DNA of 64,000 nucleotides from an uncultured Acidobacteriota bacterium (GCA_963702425.1 CAVPCQ010000019.1:112704-176703); one strand, 5' to 3'. Counted from the stretch's first letter, positions 30,827 through 41,950 are shown. The notes: generated by a model from the sequence alone, not told the origin. Translations and numbers: made by a program.

Positions 30827-31645
30827 TCACACAAGCCGGGGTGGTGGCTCGGCCACGGACCGGGTGAGGATGCGCTCGAACAACGCGTCGGTCGCCGACA
30901 CGTCGTCGTGCACTCCGATCCGCGGAAGCAGCGCGGGGAATGAGGCTGGCCCCCACCATCCTCCTCCGACGGTGACGCTGGCGGGGAAGATCCGCTGCGC
31001 CAAGTCGACGGCCGCTCGGTTGATGCGACCGAGCGGGTAGGCGAAGAACTCGCAGGGTCGCCCGGTCCATGACTCCACCGCTTCGCGCGACAGCAGCATC
31101 TCCTGCTCGGCCTGGGCAACGTCGACGAGGTCCAGCTTGGCGTGCGACACAGTGTGCGCCCCGAACTCGATGCCGTCGCGGGCCAGCGCACGCACGTCGT
31201 CTACTCGCAGGAACTCACCACGCCGGTTCGTCCCTTCCAGTGTCCAGTCGCGTACCAGGAAGATCGTGGCACGGACACCGTGCTCCTCGAGGACCGGCCA
31301 GGCAAGCGTGAGATTGTCGCGCCATCCGTCATCGAAGGTCAGGACGACCACAGGCGGATCTTCCGGTGCCGGGGGAGCGGTGCGCAATTCACCCAAGGTG
31401 ACGACCTTCCAACGTCGAGTGAGCCAGGCCACCTGGCGGGAGAAGGAAGACTGCCGAACGAACATCCCGGGGTAGATTCCCTCGCATGAAGCGTCGTCAG
31501 CGAGAATGCGGTGGTACATGAGTATCGCCGCTCGACCGCGCTGGCGGGCCAGGACGCGGCCGTTGGCTCCACTGGCATGCGACCAGGAAGCCGCCGCCCG
31601 GCGGGCGAGGCGGTGAAAGCGGTCGCGCAGTGCCGGACGATTCAC
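30827..31645 (-). CDS. Polysaccharide deacetylase
   Basis: ILMYHRI, LTFDDGWRDN, GAHTVSH, FAYPLG; GTGA overlap with the upstream gene. Confidence 0.9.
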   Translation of the reverse strand: MNRPALRDRFHRLARRAAASWSHASGANGRVLARQRGRAAILMYHRILADDASCEGIYPGMFVRQSSFSRQVAWLTRRWKVVTLGELRTAPPAPEDPPVVVLTFDDGWRDNLTLAWPVLEEHGVRATIFLVRDWTLEGTNRRGEFLRVDDVRALARDGIEFGAHTVSHAKLDLVDVAQAEQEMLLSREAVESWTGRPCEFFAYPLGRINRAAVDLAQRIFPASVTVGGGWWGPASFPALLPRIGVHDDVSATDALFERILTRSVAEPPPRLV

Positions 31646-32811
31646 CGCCGGGACTCCGTGGCCGCGCGCTCGACGGCTCGCCCGACCCGCTCCAACTCCA
31701 CCGCCGTCAGCGTCGGGTAGACGGGCAACGTCAGCAGCCTGGCCGCCACCGACTCGGCGCCAGGAAAGCCGTCGCTGTGATTGACGAAGTGCGGGCGCAG
31801 AGCGGGAATCTGGCAGATCGTTCCCGGGTACATCGCCGACGCAGCGACACCCTGACGGTGCAGCGCCTTCAGCGCGACGTCCCGACTCTGCCGATCGGGC
31901 GCCAACACCGGAAACCGCAACGGCCCGGGGGCGCGCGCCGGTGCGGGGACGACCCAACCGCGGCACCCGGCCACCCGCGCGGCGAGCGCGGAGGCCGCGA
32001 TCGTGCGCCGCGCGATCCAAGAGGAAAGCTGCGGGAAGCAGCGGCTACCCAGTTCGCGTTGCCAGGTCCAGAACGGTCGCGACATGTCAAACGCCGGCTG
32101 ATACACCGTGGCGCCGAGTCCCAGAAAGGGCAGTGCCTCGGGGAGCCGGTAGAGCGCCGGACGGGCGAGCATCGCCGTCACCGCCAGGGCCAGGGCATCC
32201 GACCAGCCGCCCCGCCGACTGCGAGGTGTGGTTACCTCCCACTCCGCGGGGTGGACCAGAGCACCTCCTCCGCCCAGCGGGAGTGGCTTGCCCCGCCCGA
32301 ACGACCAGAGGCGGGCGCTGATCGCCGGTACGGGCGCGGCGTCGGGCCAAGCCTGAGCGGCATCCTCGATGATCGGCGCTCTTGGATCGGATGCCGCAAG
32401 GCGGGCCGCAAGTGCAGGCAACTCGGGGTCCGGCGCGAAGAGATGGACCAGCAGAATCCCGGCCGCCCTGGAGAGATCGAGCCCTTCGAGGTGCCGGGCG
32501 CTCATCGCGAGTGTCTGTGGATCGATGTCGTACGCTCGCACCTTCAGGCCTGCTCGCACGACAGCGGCGGGGACGCTCCAACAGGTGTAGGCCGGGACCA
32601 CGACCTCCGTTCGGCCTTCCCGTCGCAGTGCATGAAGCGCGGCGGCGAGCGCGGCACGACCGCTGCCGAATAGAGCGACTGCGCTGTTCGCCGTGCCACG
32701 AGCCAGTTCATCCGTCCAATCGGGACGCGATCCCGCACCTGTCGCTATCGCGCTCGTGGCGACCTGCGCGGGCCCGAAGGGAAGGGCGTTGGGGGGGATC
32801 AGCCGGATCAT
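31642..32811 (-). CDS. DegT/DnrJ/EryC1/StrS aminotransferase family
   Basis: SGRAAL, PAYTCWSV, IIEDAAQA, SFGRGKPL, RLLTLP. Confidence 0.85.
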   Translation of the reverse strand: MIRLIPPNALPFGPAQVATSAIATGAGSRPDWTDELARGTANSAVALFGSGRAALAAALHALRREGRTEVVVPAYTCWSVPAAVVRAGLKVRAYDIDPQTLAMSARHLEGLDLSRAAGILLVHLFAPDPELPALAARLAASDPRAPIIEDAAQAWPDAAPVPAISARLWSFGRGKPLPLGGGGALVHPAEWEVTTPRSRRGGWSDALALAVTAMLARPALYRLPEALPFLGLGATVYQPAFDMSRPFWTWQRELGSRCFPQLSSWIARRTIAASALAARVAGCRGWVVPAPARAPGPLRFPVLAPDRQSRDVALKALHRQGVAASAMYPGTICQIPALRPHFVNHSDGFPGAESVAARLLTLPVYPTLTAVELERVGRAVERAATESRR

Positions 32812-34157
32812 GAAGCTCGCGGTGTCGCCGTGGGCGCCGGCGGCGGTTGGTCGTTCTTCGCTGAGAGGCCTTCCACGCTGGCCAGCAGGGCGATGAGGAT
32901 CCACAGCATGGGGTAGTACAGCGTGGAAATGAAGGCTCCGGCCACCAGTACGGCGAAGATCCCCGCCAGACACGCCGTCGCGAGCAATGCGGGCTGCATC
33001 CCGGCAATCTCTCGGGCGGCCCTCCGGCGCAAGCGGGCCGCCGCGCGCACACACGATGCGATCAGCCCCGAGAAGAGAAGCGTACCGACCACCCCCTGCT
33101 CGGACAGAAGGGTGAAGAACAGGGAATGCGCGGCGCGGCCCCACATGTGCTCGCCCCGGGCCTTTCGCATGACGTCCTCGTACAGCGGAGCCTGGATGCC
33201 GTAGTTGCGGGTACCGACGCCGGTGACCGGGTGGTCGAGGAACATCCGCCACGCCAGACCCCACGAATAGAGCCTCGCGTCCCCGGTATCTCCTTCCTGA
33301 TCTGCTGTCTCAATCGAGCGAATCTCCGTCCAGTACTGTTCGGGGGCGGCGAACCACAGCGCGAGGGCGGCGGCGCCGACAGCCAACGCAATTCTCCCCC
33401 GGTGGGGACCTGTCACCAGCATGAACACACCGAGCGCCGCCAGTCCAACGAAGCCGCCGCGCGAGAGGGAGGAGACCACTGCAGCCAGCAGCAGCCCGAT
33501 CGATCCTACCAAGAGCAGGCGGACGAGCGGACGGCGGTGCGTCCCAATCAGATAGATGGCGACTCCCATCGCAGCGTTGAAGGCCAGGGCCAAGTCATTC
33601 TCGTCCTCCATCCAGGCACCGAGACCCCTACCTTGATGCAACACGGCATAGATGGCCATCGGCACGTGCAGGAACACGTAGGTTGTCAGCAACAGCCGTA
33701 CTCCCGCCAAGTCCATCGGAAGAACGGCCAGCGGAATGATGCAGCCGACCGTCATGATCGCGAAATCCTCGAAACCCCAGAACGCAAACGCGCGGTTCAG
33801 CGCCCACGGAACGTTCCATGCCATCACACCGACCAGCGCCAACATGTACCACATCTGTCGCGGAAGCGGTCTCTTGCCGCCCAACAGGACCGCACCCGCT
33901 CCCCACAGGGCGGCGAGCACGCCCAGCCTCAACGCGCCCAGGGCGGGGACCCAAGCCATTGGCCTTCCGAGTTCGACCGTCAGGTAGTAGAGGCAAGGCG
34001 CCAACCTGCCGATCCCGGTGGAGGTGTCCGAGCCTGATTTCGGGAACCGCGGACTCTGCGTCGGACCGGCAGCTCCCGCGCCCCCCGCGTGACGCGCTTC
34101 TGATGGTTGAGATGCTCGCACGAACGGGGTCCGCGTCACCGTGCGGTCGGGGACCAC
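32808..34157 (-). CDS. O-antigen ligase/Wzy-like polymerase
   Basis: DENDLAL, SRGGFVGL, HPVTGVG, AHSLFFTLLSEQG; start uncertain. Confidence 0.8.
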   Translation of the reverse strand: MVPDRTVTRTPFVRASQPSEARHAGGAGAAGPTQSPRFPKSGSDTSTGIGRLAPCLYYLTVELGRPMAWVPALGALRLGVLAALWGAGAVLLGGKRPLPRQMWYMLALVGVMAWNVPWALNRAFAFWGFEDFAIMTVGCIIPLAVLPMDLAGVRLLLTTYVFLHVPMAIYAVLHQGRGLGAWMEDENDLALAFNAAMGVAIYLIGTHRRPLVRLLLVGSIGLLLAAVVSSLSRGGFVGLAALGVFMLVTGPHRGRIALAVGAAALALWFAAPEQYWTEIRSIETADQEGDTGDARLYSWGLAWRMFLDHPVTGVGTRNYGIQAPLYEDVMRKARGEHMWGRAAHSLFFTLLSEQGVVGTLLFSGLIASCVRAAARLRRRAAREIAGMQPALLATACLAGIFAVLVAGAFISTLYYPMLWILIALLASVEGLSAKNDQPPPAPTATPRAS

Positions 34158-35278
34158 GCCACTACGCGCTCACCGCGCAGAAAGCGGTACCACGCCACGA
34201 TGATCGATAGGTTGACCATGACGAAATAGTACCAGGCTCGGCCCAGGGGCAGGCGCTGCAACGTAGGCAGCGCGGGAGTGGCGAGCGCCAGCGTGTAGGC
34301 GGCAAGCTGCGTCAAGAACAGTGCGAGAAACCAGGCCGACCCTGCCGCAAGCCAGGCCGACGTCGCCAGGAACAGCAGCATCGCCCATGGAACGGTCCAG
34401 CGCGCGAGCTTGTGCGAAAAAAGCTGCCAAGCGAAGAGACCGTAGCGAAACACATTGAGCAAATCAACCGCAGAGAAGAACGCGGTCAAGCCGCGTACCA
34501 CGGTGCGGACCTTGCGCTCGAATTCGGAGCCGCGGGCCGACAGATCCGTGTAGCAGCCGACCGCCTCCTCGTCGATCACGGCGCGCAGTCCGGATCGTAC
34601 CGAAGCGAACACGGTGCAGAAGTCGCTCGGCAGGCGGTCGGAAAAGCCGTGACATGCGCTTCGTCGCGCTGCGAAGAAGGACCCGCTCAGCCCGACCAGA
34701 GATCCGGCGGCGGACTCCAGCCGGCGCAGCAACATTTCGTAGCGCACATAAAGCCCCTCTGCCGCGGGCCGGCCTAGCGGGTCGATCAAGCGGTCGGTGG
34801 AGCTGACGCAACCGACCTCCGGGTCGGCGAAGCTGCGGACGATCGTGGCAAGCCCGTGCCGTTCAAGCACGGTGCTGACATCGGTGAACACGAGGACCTC
34901 TCCCGAAGCACGCGTGAGGGCCTGCAGCTGGGCCATCTCCTTGCCCCCACGCGAGGAGAGCCGGACCAGCAGCACGCCGGCGGCAGCGAACTCCTCCTCG
35001 ACGATCTGGGCGGTCCCATCCGTAGACGCGTCGTCCGCGACCAGAATCTCGAGTCGGTCGCGTGGGTAGTGTTGTTCGAGCAGATTACCGAGTTTCTGCC
35101 GAAGCTGCGCGGCCCCATTGTGCACTGCCACGATGACGCTCAGCCGCGGAAAGATATCGGCGCGCTGCGGCCTTCTTTGGCGCATGCTGGTCAGCAGCCA
35201 GAGCACCAACGGGTATCCGGCATAGGCGTAGCCGATCCACAACGCCGCCAGTGCCAGTAGCGCAATGCCCGTTCGCAT
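34136..35278 (-). CDS. GT2 glycosyltransferase (CESA-like)
   Basis: YAGYP, DDASTDGT, GGKEMA, EFERKVRTV, SHKLARW. Confidence 0.9.
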   Translation of the reverse strand: MRTGIALLALAALWIGYAYAGYPLVLWLLTSMRQRRPQRADIFPRLSVIVAVHNGAAQLRQKLGNLLEQHYPRDRLEILVADDASTDGTAQIVEEEFAAAGVLLVRLSSRGGKEMAQLQALTRASGEVLVFTDVSTVLERHGLATIVRSFADPEVGCVSSTDRLIDPLGRPAAEGLYVRYEMLLRRLESAAGSLVGLSGSFFAARRSACHGFSDRLPSDFCTVFASVRSGLRAVIDEEAVGCYTDLSARGSEFERKVRTVVRGLTAFFSAVDLLNVFRYGLFAWQLFSHKLARWTVPWAMLLFLATSAWLAAGSAWFLALFLTQLAAYTLALATPALPTLQRLPLGRAWYYFVMVNLSIIVAWYRFLRGERVVAWSPTAR

Positions 35279-35366
35279 CACCCCACCGATCTCGGCATCG
35301 GCCGGCCGAGCGCGGAATCGTGTTGGCGACGCGGAGGACCCGGGGCCGGCGCGTTCCGCCCGGTGC

Positions 35367-36194
35367 TCAATCACCCTCCTGCGCCCGACTACGGTAGTAA
35401 TCTCCGTATCTGCTGTCCGCGAGGGTCGAACCATCGACCAGGTTGGGTCGAACGTCGTTGAGCACCGTCCCAATCAGCGGCAGCCCTTCCAGCGCCGTGA
35501 GGGCTTCCTCGAACAATGAGCGAGGGGTATGTTCCGAGCGTACTACCAACAGGATGGCGTCGGCCACAGCGCCCAGCAGAATCGCATCCTGAAACGGCAT
35601 CAACGGAGGGGTGTCGATCACGATCTGGTCGAAGGTCCTGCGCAACTCATCAATCATCTCCCGCATCTGTTGTCCGCCGAAGTGGATGGTGGGGTCCGCC
35701 AGTGGGGATCCGGCACCGAGCACGGCAAGAGTGGAATCCGGGAGCGTCACCCAAGCCTGGCCGAGCGGCAGCCCGGCCGACAGAACGTCAGCGAGACCGA
35801 CGCTGAGCGGAGGAACGGTCCAGCGGGTGGGGCCCGGCTTGCGCAGGTCCGCGTCGATCAGCAGCGTTCGAGTTCCCAGCTTCATTGAGCAGGCCAAAGC
35901 GAGATTGAGCGCAACCAGCGACTTCCCGTCACCGCTCGTCGGGCTCGTGACCATGACGACGGCGCGCGATGACGCCCCTCCCAGCCCGATGATCGACCGC
36001 AAGCGGCGGAACTGCTCCGCCGCCGGCGACGCCGGCCCCGCCTCGACAGCGATAGAAACACCCTTGCGAAGACGATGGCCCGGTGGCGTCGGCGGCGTTT
36101 CAGATCCACGGCGCTCGCGCGGACTAGCCGTCGACTCCACGCCGGAGCCGGGGTCGGGATGCGGTGAGTCTCGGTCCGACAGCATGGCAGGCAC
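35367..36194 (-). CDS. CpsD/CapB bacterial tyrosine kinase
   Basis: AEQFRRLR, GDGKS, LIDADLR, VIDTPP, C-terminal YGDYY cluster. Confidence 0.9.
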   Translation of the reverse strand: MPAMLSDRDSPHPDPGSGVESTASPRERRGSETPPTPPGHRLRKGVSIAVEAGPASPAAEQFRRLRSIIGLGGASSRAVVMVTSPTSGDGKSLVALNLALACSMKLGTRTLLIDADLRKPGPTRWTVPPLSVGLADVLSAGLPLGQAWVTLPDSTLAVLGAGSPLADPTIHFGGQQMREMIDELRRTFDQIVIDTPPLMPFQDAILLGAVADAILLVVRSEHTPRSLFEEALTALEGLPLIGTVLNDVRPNLVDGSTLADSRYGDYYRSRAQEGD

Positions 36195-36198
36195 ACTC

Positions 36199-37719
36199 TC
36201 AGCGCGGGAAAAGGACCACGGCGGCGGCGAATAGGAGCGCGGAGACGAGGGAGGCTGTCAGGTTCCAGAGGTAGCGGCGCAACCGCCGGGCCCGCATCTC
36301 GGGGGTCATGATCCGTCCGATCACCACGAGCACCGGGACGGGTGCCAAGAGCCGGAGGCCGGTCCGCGAGAAGATCTTCGGGGCCAGGAGGGCCGAAAAG
36401 ACGATCGGCGCGACCATCAGCGCACACCCTGTTGCGACCCCGAGCAGCAAGACGATCTGCGGCACCGGTCTGATCGGACGCAGCGGCGGGACGGCCCTCT
36501 CCATGACCTGGAACTGCTCACCCAGGCGGACTTCCTCGACCTTCTCCGAGCCCCGGGCCGATTCGAGCATGCCTTGATAATACTTGAACTTTTCCTTCAG
36601 CACGTCGTAGCCCTTGGTCAGCTCGGCGAGCTGCTGTTCCACGTTTGGCGTATTCTCGATGCGCCGCTGGTACAGCGCGATGTCCGCGCGAATCCGTGAC
36701 CTATCCTCAGTCAGGCGTGCGATCTCACGCTCCGCGGACCGAAGTTGAGCTGTGAGTGAAGCGCCGACGCCGCTTGTTGCAGCGGAGTCGCTTGGGGCCG
36801 CGTCGCCGGCTGCAGCGATCGAATCCTGCAACTCGGCGATCTGGCGTTGGTGGGCGCGGACGGCCGGGTGCGCGTCAGAATAGCGAGACCGCAGCGCGTC
36901 CAACTCGGTGCGTAGACGGGCCAGCTGTGCAGCAGGCGATTCCGCTGTGCCGGAGCCCGCCGGAACAGCGGGCGCTTCCGCCAGTGCCCGAAGCTGCGCC
37001 GCCAGCAGATCCCGGCGATCCACCGCCTGAGCCAACTCACGCTCGTTGTTCTCGAGTCCGTTCTGGCGGCCCTCCAGGAGTCGGATGTTCGCTTCCATCT
37101 GATCAACGGAATCGTAGAGGTGCCGACCTTTGAACTCGGCGATCGTCTGCTCTTGCCGCTCCAATTCCGCGCGGGTCTCGTCGGCCAGGGACACCATGAC
37201 CGAAGTGGTCGTGCGCGCTGCGGCGGAGCGCGCACGCAGGTTCTCCTCGATGAATAGCTCGCCGAGCGTGTTGACAAGCCGGGCGGTTCGCTCGGGATCG
37301 CTGTCACGGTAGGTCAGGGCGAACACGCCGGTGCCGCGCTGGGCGTCGAAACGGATGATCTCCGCCGTCAGCCGTCCACGGATCTCGTCGAAGAGCTCCA
37401 GCCGCTCTGCTTCTTCCGCAGACTTGCCGAATACATCCGCCGCGAGCCGGACCAGATAAGGGCGGCTGAGTACCGCCTCTCGTAGCGAGGCGAGCCGCAT
37501 GCCCATGTCGTCGGTGACCTGGCTTCGGACCATTTGAAGCGGGATCTGGGATGGGGCCACGAAGATCGTGGTCGTCGCCTCGTAAGTCTTGGGGGAAACC
37601 CGCAGCAGTGCCGTAGCACCGAGCAGGCCGATCGCTGCACCGAAGACCAGCGTCCACCAGGACACCAGGATTCGATCGGCGATCTCGAGGATTGGCGCCA
37701 GTTTGGGCGTGACCATCAT
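36199..37719 (-). CDS. Polysaccharide chain-length determinant (Wzz/GumC family)
   Basis: PKTYEATTTIFV, YSDAHPAV, coiled coil, C-terminal TM helices. Confidence 0.85.
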   Translation of the reverse strand: MMVTPKLAPILEIADRILVSWWTLVFGAAIGLLGATALLRVSPKTYEATTTIFVAPSQIPLQMVRSQVTDDMGMRLASLREAVLSRPYLVRLAADVFGKSAEEAERLELFDEIRGRLTAEIIRFDAQRGTGVFALTYRDSDPERTARLVNTLGELFIEENLRARSAAARTTTSVMVSLADETRAELERQEQTIAEFKGRHLYDSVDQMEANIRLLEGRQNGLENNERELAQAVDRRDLLAAQLRALAEAPAVPAGSGTAESPAAQLARLRTELDALRSRYSDAHPAVRAHQRQIAELQDSIAAAGDAAPSDSAATSGVGASLTAQLRSAEREIARLTEDRSRIRADIALYQRRIENTPNVEQQLAELTKGYDVLKEKFKYYQGMLESARGSEKVEEVRLGEQFQVMERAVPPLRPIRPVPQIVLLLGVATGCALMVAPIVFSALLAPKIFSRTGLRLLAPVPVLVVIGRIMTPEMRARRLRRYLWNLTASLVSALLFAAAVVLFPR

Positions 37720-37997
37720 GCGTGGGACTTCGCTTCTCCTCGACCCTTTGGTGGCCGGTCCGGCGCTTCGTACAATAGGGCAAACTACCGGCGCGGGCCA
37801 GCGCATGCGGCCGGAAGGCGCAGTGGGGGGCGGCCCGGCGAACGCCCGTCTCACCGGCTCCGGAATGGCGACCCAGCGCCGCGGGACAGCAGCCCTGCCG
37901 AGGATCGCTCCGAGCAGGCGCGAATCACGCGGTACGCGACGACTGAGAGGGCCCGCGAGGCGGTGTACAATGCCATTCGCGCTCTTCACCGCGCCGC

Positions 37998-39065
37998 ATG
38001 GAATCCGGCACTGAGAGCAGGAGGATTGACGTGGCCGTCGTAGTCAGCGAGGCCACTAACGTCGACGCCGAAGCCTGGGATGCATTTGTCGCGGTAGCCC
38101 TCCGGGCCACCTCCTACCAGCGCTGGGCGTGGCAACGCATCTATAAGAACGAGTTCGGGCTCGAGGCGTACTACCTGATCGCGAGGGAGGAGGGGGCCAT
38201 CTGCGGCATCCTGCCCTTGGTTCGGCAGTCGAATCCGGTGCAAGGACCCTACCTGGTATCGCTCCCCTTCGTGAATTACGCCGGGTTACTGGCCAGCGGA
38301 CCGGCATCGACTCCGGCGTTGCTGGCGTACGCAGAGGGGCTCGGGCGCGCGATCGGTGCCCGCCATACGGAGCTTCGGCCGATGCCCGGCGCCGACCTGA
38401 AGTTGCCGCACACCCTGCGGAAGGTCCGCGCCAGCCTGGTTCTGCCCACTCGCCCCGACGAACTCTGGAAGCAGCTCGGTTCCAAGCTGCGTTCCCAGAT
38501 CAAGCGGCCGCAGAAGGAGGGGATGACGGTGGAAGAGGGGGGTGTCGAGCTGCTGGACGATTTCTATCGCGTTCTGTCCGTGAAATGGCGCGACCTTGGC
38601 TCCCCCCTCTTTCACAAGGGGTTCTTCGATGCCCTGCTCAGGACCTTCGGCGGCGAAAACCGCATCTTCGTTGTGCGTTATAGGGGCACCGCCGTCGCTG
38701 CCGGTTGGCTGAACTGCTTCCGGTCGACCTCTGAGATGATGTGGGCGGGTACCCTGCCTCGCTACGACCGGCTGAGCCCAAACATGCTCCTCTATTGGAA
38801 GGCGCTGGCCAGTTCGATCGAGCGGGGCGACGCGATCTTCGATTTCGGACGGTCGACTGCTGACAGCGGGACCCACCGTTTCAAGATGCAATGGGGCTCG
38901 GTTTCGGAGCCGTTGCCATGGTATTACCTTGCAGCCGGCGTCGCATCCGTCGCTGGGACCACGGAAGGCCGAGCGGCGGCCTTGCTCCGCCGGGCTTGGA
39001 AACGCCTACCCCTTTCGATCACGCAGTCGCTGGGTCCTCATCTAGCACGAAGGCTGCCGCTATGA
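37998..39065 (+). CDS. FemAB-related GNAT protein (XrtA/PEP-CTERM-associated type)
   Basis: LVSLPFVNYAG, SPNMLLYW, FDFGRS...FKMQWG. Confidence 0.85.
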   Translation: MESGTESRRIDVAVVVSEATNVDAEAWDAFVAVALRATSYQRWAWQRIYKNEFGLEAYYLIAREEGAICGILPLVRQSNPVQGPYLVSLPFVNYAGLLASGPASTPALLAYAEGLGRAIGARHTELRPMPGADLKLPHTLRKVRASLVLPTRPDELWKQLGSKLRSQIKRPQKEGMTVEEGGVELLDDFYRVLSVKWRDLGSPLFHKGFFDALLRTFGGENRIFVVRYRGTAVAAGWLNCFRSTSEMMWAGTLPRYDRLSPNMLLYWKALASSIERGDAIFDFGRSTADSGTHRFKMQWGSVSEPLPWYYLAAGVASVAGTTEGRAAALLRRAWKRLPLSITQSLGPHLARRLPL

Positions 39066-39144
39066 AGCGGGGACGCAGTGATCGCGTCCGCGATGAACGG
39101 TGCAGACGCCACTTCCGGGACCCAGTCCCGACGGAGAGGAGTTG

Positions 39145-40314
39145 ATGTCCTCACCGGTCTCTCGCCGCCGCGGGCCGTTGCGCGTGCTTCACTTGCGGGA
39201 CACGGACCGCTTGTGCGGGCCGGGCAAGACGATCCGGGAGACAGTGAGACTCAACAGCGATGTCGACGTCTCCTACGAGGTGGCCGCATTCGGTGCCGCA
39301 GATCAGAACCCGTTCCTTCGGGCGATGGCACCCTATTGCCCAGTGTTCGGACTCCCCGATGGCGCCGCGGGCATGGTCCGAGGGATCGTCGAAGTGGCGA
39401 GGCACATCCGCAGGGAGAACATCGCGTTGATCCACGCGCACGAGTTCCGAACCGACGTGCTTTCAGTCTTGGTGGGAGCGCTGACTCGGGTCCCTGTTGT
39501 CACCACGTTGCACGGTTTCATTCCGATCGATCCCAAGCGAGCGCTGTATCGCCAACTGAACCTCCTCTTGATGCGCCGCATGAGGGCCGTGTTTGCCGTT
39601 TCCAGGGCCATGGAGCGTGAGTTGGTCCAGCGCGGCTTGAACCCCGCTCGGATCAAGCTGGTGCGGAACTGCATTGCGCTGGAGTCGTATCCTGCCGGGT
39701 ACCGCTCGCACGCCTTGCGTGGTCTGCCTGGGCTGGCGGAACCGGCGCTGCTCGTCGGTCACGTCGGGCGTATGAGCGCGGAGAAGGGACAACGCGAACT
39801 CGCCAAGGTGTTCCCACAGGTACTGGCGCAACTGCCCCACGCGCGGTTGATCTTCGTGGGGGATGGTCCGGATGTCGACCTCGTGCGCGAACTGGCCGCC
39901 CGGGGCGCCGCGGCCGAGGCGATCCGCCTCCTCGGTTACCGCAACGACATCAAGGAGATCTTCGGCGACCTCGACCTGCTCGTGCTCAACTCGACCACCG
40001 AAGGCCTTCCGAACGTTGTCCTCGAGGCCATGGCCCTCGGCGTGCCGGTCGTGGCCACGTCGGTCGGTGGAACCCCCGAGTTGATCCAAGACGGCGCCAC
40101 GGGCTGGCTCGTCCCTGTCCACGATTCGCTCAGCCTGGTGGAGGCGATCGTCCACGCCCTCTCGGACCGCCAGGAGGCCCGCCAGCGTGCCGCGCGCGGG
40201 CGCCGAACGGTTGAGTCGGAGTTCGACATGCCGGTCCTGATTCGACGCACCCACGAGATCTACCGCGAGCTGCTGGGCAGGAATGGAGGGGAAGATGGCC
40301 GCACGCCACAATAG
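39145..40314 (+). CDS. GT4 glycosyltransferase
   Basis: VGRMSAEKG, EGLPNVVLEAMALG. Confidence 0.9.
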   Translation: MSSPVSRRRGPLRVLHLRDTDRLCGPGKTIRETVRLNSDVDVSYEVAAFGAADQNPFLRAMAPYCPVFGLPDGAAGMVRGIVEVARHIRRENIALIHAHEFRTDVLSVLVGALTRVPVVTTLHGFIPIDPKRALYRQLNLLLMRRMRAVFAVSRAMERELVQRGLNPARIKLVRNCIALESYPAGYRSHALRGLPGLAEPALLVGHVGRMSAEKGQRELAKVFPQVLAQLPHARLIFVGDGPDVDLVRELAARGAAAEAIRLLGYRNDIKEIFGDLDLLVLNSTTEGLPNVVLEAMALGVPVVATSVGGTPELIQDGATGWLVPVHDSLSLVEAIVHALSDRQEARQRAARGRRTVESEFDMPVLIRRTHEIYRELLGRNGGEDGRTPQ

Positions 40315-40530
40315 CTGGTTTGTCCGTCGATTCTCGGTTCCTCCAATCCCCTCAGCGCAACCGCTCAGGGCTGGCTCCCGAGCAGCGGCGCGCCCGGGAA
40401 CTCTGCCGTATTGTCCACGAAGTCACCCGGGCGGAACGGGAACGACGACGGGCCGGTCCGGCAATCGGACGCCAGGTATTGTGACCGTGCCCTTCAAGTA
40501 CCTGGCGCTAGGGTGAGGGGGTCGGGGCGC

Positions 40531-41925
40531 ATGTCGTTGCGCGACAGAGTGTTTGAAGCAAGCCCGCACTCGATTCGCGTGCTCGGGTTCAACGCCTATG
40601 CGGTGCGACTGCGCTGGCAGCGAGAACGCGGCCCCCTGCGCCAGCGCATCGACCAACTCGAGGCAGTGGATCGCCTCGGCCGTTCCCTGGTCGCCTCCTA
40701 TCAACTCGAGCAGCTCAACGCGCTCCTGAGCTGGGCCCGCGAACGTGTGCCCTACTATCGTGAGAGTCCGGAGTATTCGACGCTCCCCGCTTTGTCGAGC
40801 CTCGACGACCTGGATCGGTTACCCAAGTTGCAGCGGCGCGTCATTCAGTCGCAGCAGCACCGCTTGCATGCCGAGAGGACGAGCCTGCACCACGGGCACA
40901 CGAGTGGAACGACGGGCAGCCCACTCCAGCTTGTCTACGATCTGCCCCAGCGCGTGTGGAACCGCGCCGCTGAAAAGATCGTACGGATACGGGCCGGCCT
41001 CTCTCCCGCTGACCGTGTCGCCGTGGTCTGGGGACGTCGCCTGATCGCAGCGGACCGGACAACCGCTCCGTTCTGGATCCCGAACTGGGCTGATCACGAG
41101 CTCTGGCTCTCGGCGTTCCACATCTCGCCGAAGACGGCGTCGGTCTACTTCGATGCCATCGCGAGATTCCGCAGCTCTGCGTTGGAGACCTATCCGTCGA
41201 TCGCGTACCTGCTGGCCTGCCTGGCGCGCGATCAGAAGATCCGCGTTCGGATTCCTCGCGTATTGACCACCTCAGAGACGCTCTTTCCCTTTCAACGGGC
41301 GCTGATCGAAGAGGTCTTCGGGGCCGAGGTGTTCGACTACTACGGCTGCGCAGAGCGCGTCGCGTTCGCGGTGGAGTGCCGGCGCCACGATGGACTGCAC
41401 CTTCTCGAGGGCTATGGCTACGTTGAGCCGACTGTTTCCGGGCAGCGGGAGGGAGGCAAGCCGCTGGTGGCCACTGGCCTGACGAATCGCGGCATGCCGC
41501 TCCTGCGCTACGAGATGCACGACGTGACCGAGGTCCTGGAGGAGCCCTGCCCTTGCGGGCTTGCCAGCCGTCGGCTGGCCCCGGTGACGACCAAGCGAGA
41601 AGACGCGCTCGTCACACCCGATGGACGTCTTGTCAGCTCCTCCGTTCTGACACACCCGTTCAAGCCGCTGGTGGGTGTCCGACGATCGCAGATCGAGCAG
41701 GAAGCGCTGGACCGTGTCGTGGTCCGGCTGGAGACGACGACGGGATTCGACGAACGTCAGTCTCAGGGCTTGCTCGCAGAGCTGCAGGAGCGTCTGGGGG
41801 TGGGCGTCGCGATCAGCATTGTGACGGTCGACGAGATTGCCCAGGAATCGAGTGGCAAGTTCCGCTGGGTGATCAGCCGTGTGAAGGGACCGCACCAGAT
41901 CGGAGAGCTGGGAGGACGATCGTGA
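40531..41925 (+). CDS. Phenylacetate-CoA ligase/CapK-like adenylating enzyme
   Basis: TSGTTGSP, YYGCAE, MPLLRY, SGKFRWVIS. Confidence 0.85.
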   Translation: MSLRDRVFEASPHSIRVLGFNAYAVRLRWQRERGPLRQRIDQLEAVDRLGRSLVASYQLEQLNALLSWARERVPYYRESPEYSTLPALSSLDDLDRLPKLQRRVIQSQQHRLHAERTSLHHGHTSGTTGSPLQLVYDLPQRVWNRAAEKIVRIRAGLSPADRVAVVWGRRLIAADRTTAPFWIPNWADHELWLSAFHISPKTASVYFDAIARFRSSALETYPSIAYLLACLARDQKIRVRIPRVLTTSETLFPFQRALIEEVFGAEVFDYYGCAERVAFAVECRRHDGLHLLEGYGYVEPTVSGQREGGKPLVATGLTNRGMPLLRYEMHDVTEVLEEPCPCGLASRRLAPVTTKREDALVTPDGRLVSSSVLTHPFKPLVGVRRSQIEQEALDRVVVRLETTTGFDERQSQGLLAELQERLGVGVAISIVTVDEIAQESSGKFRWVISRVKGPHQIGELGGRS

Positions 41926-41950
41926 TTCGCCGGCGCGGCGTCGAGCGTCC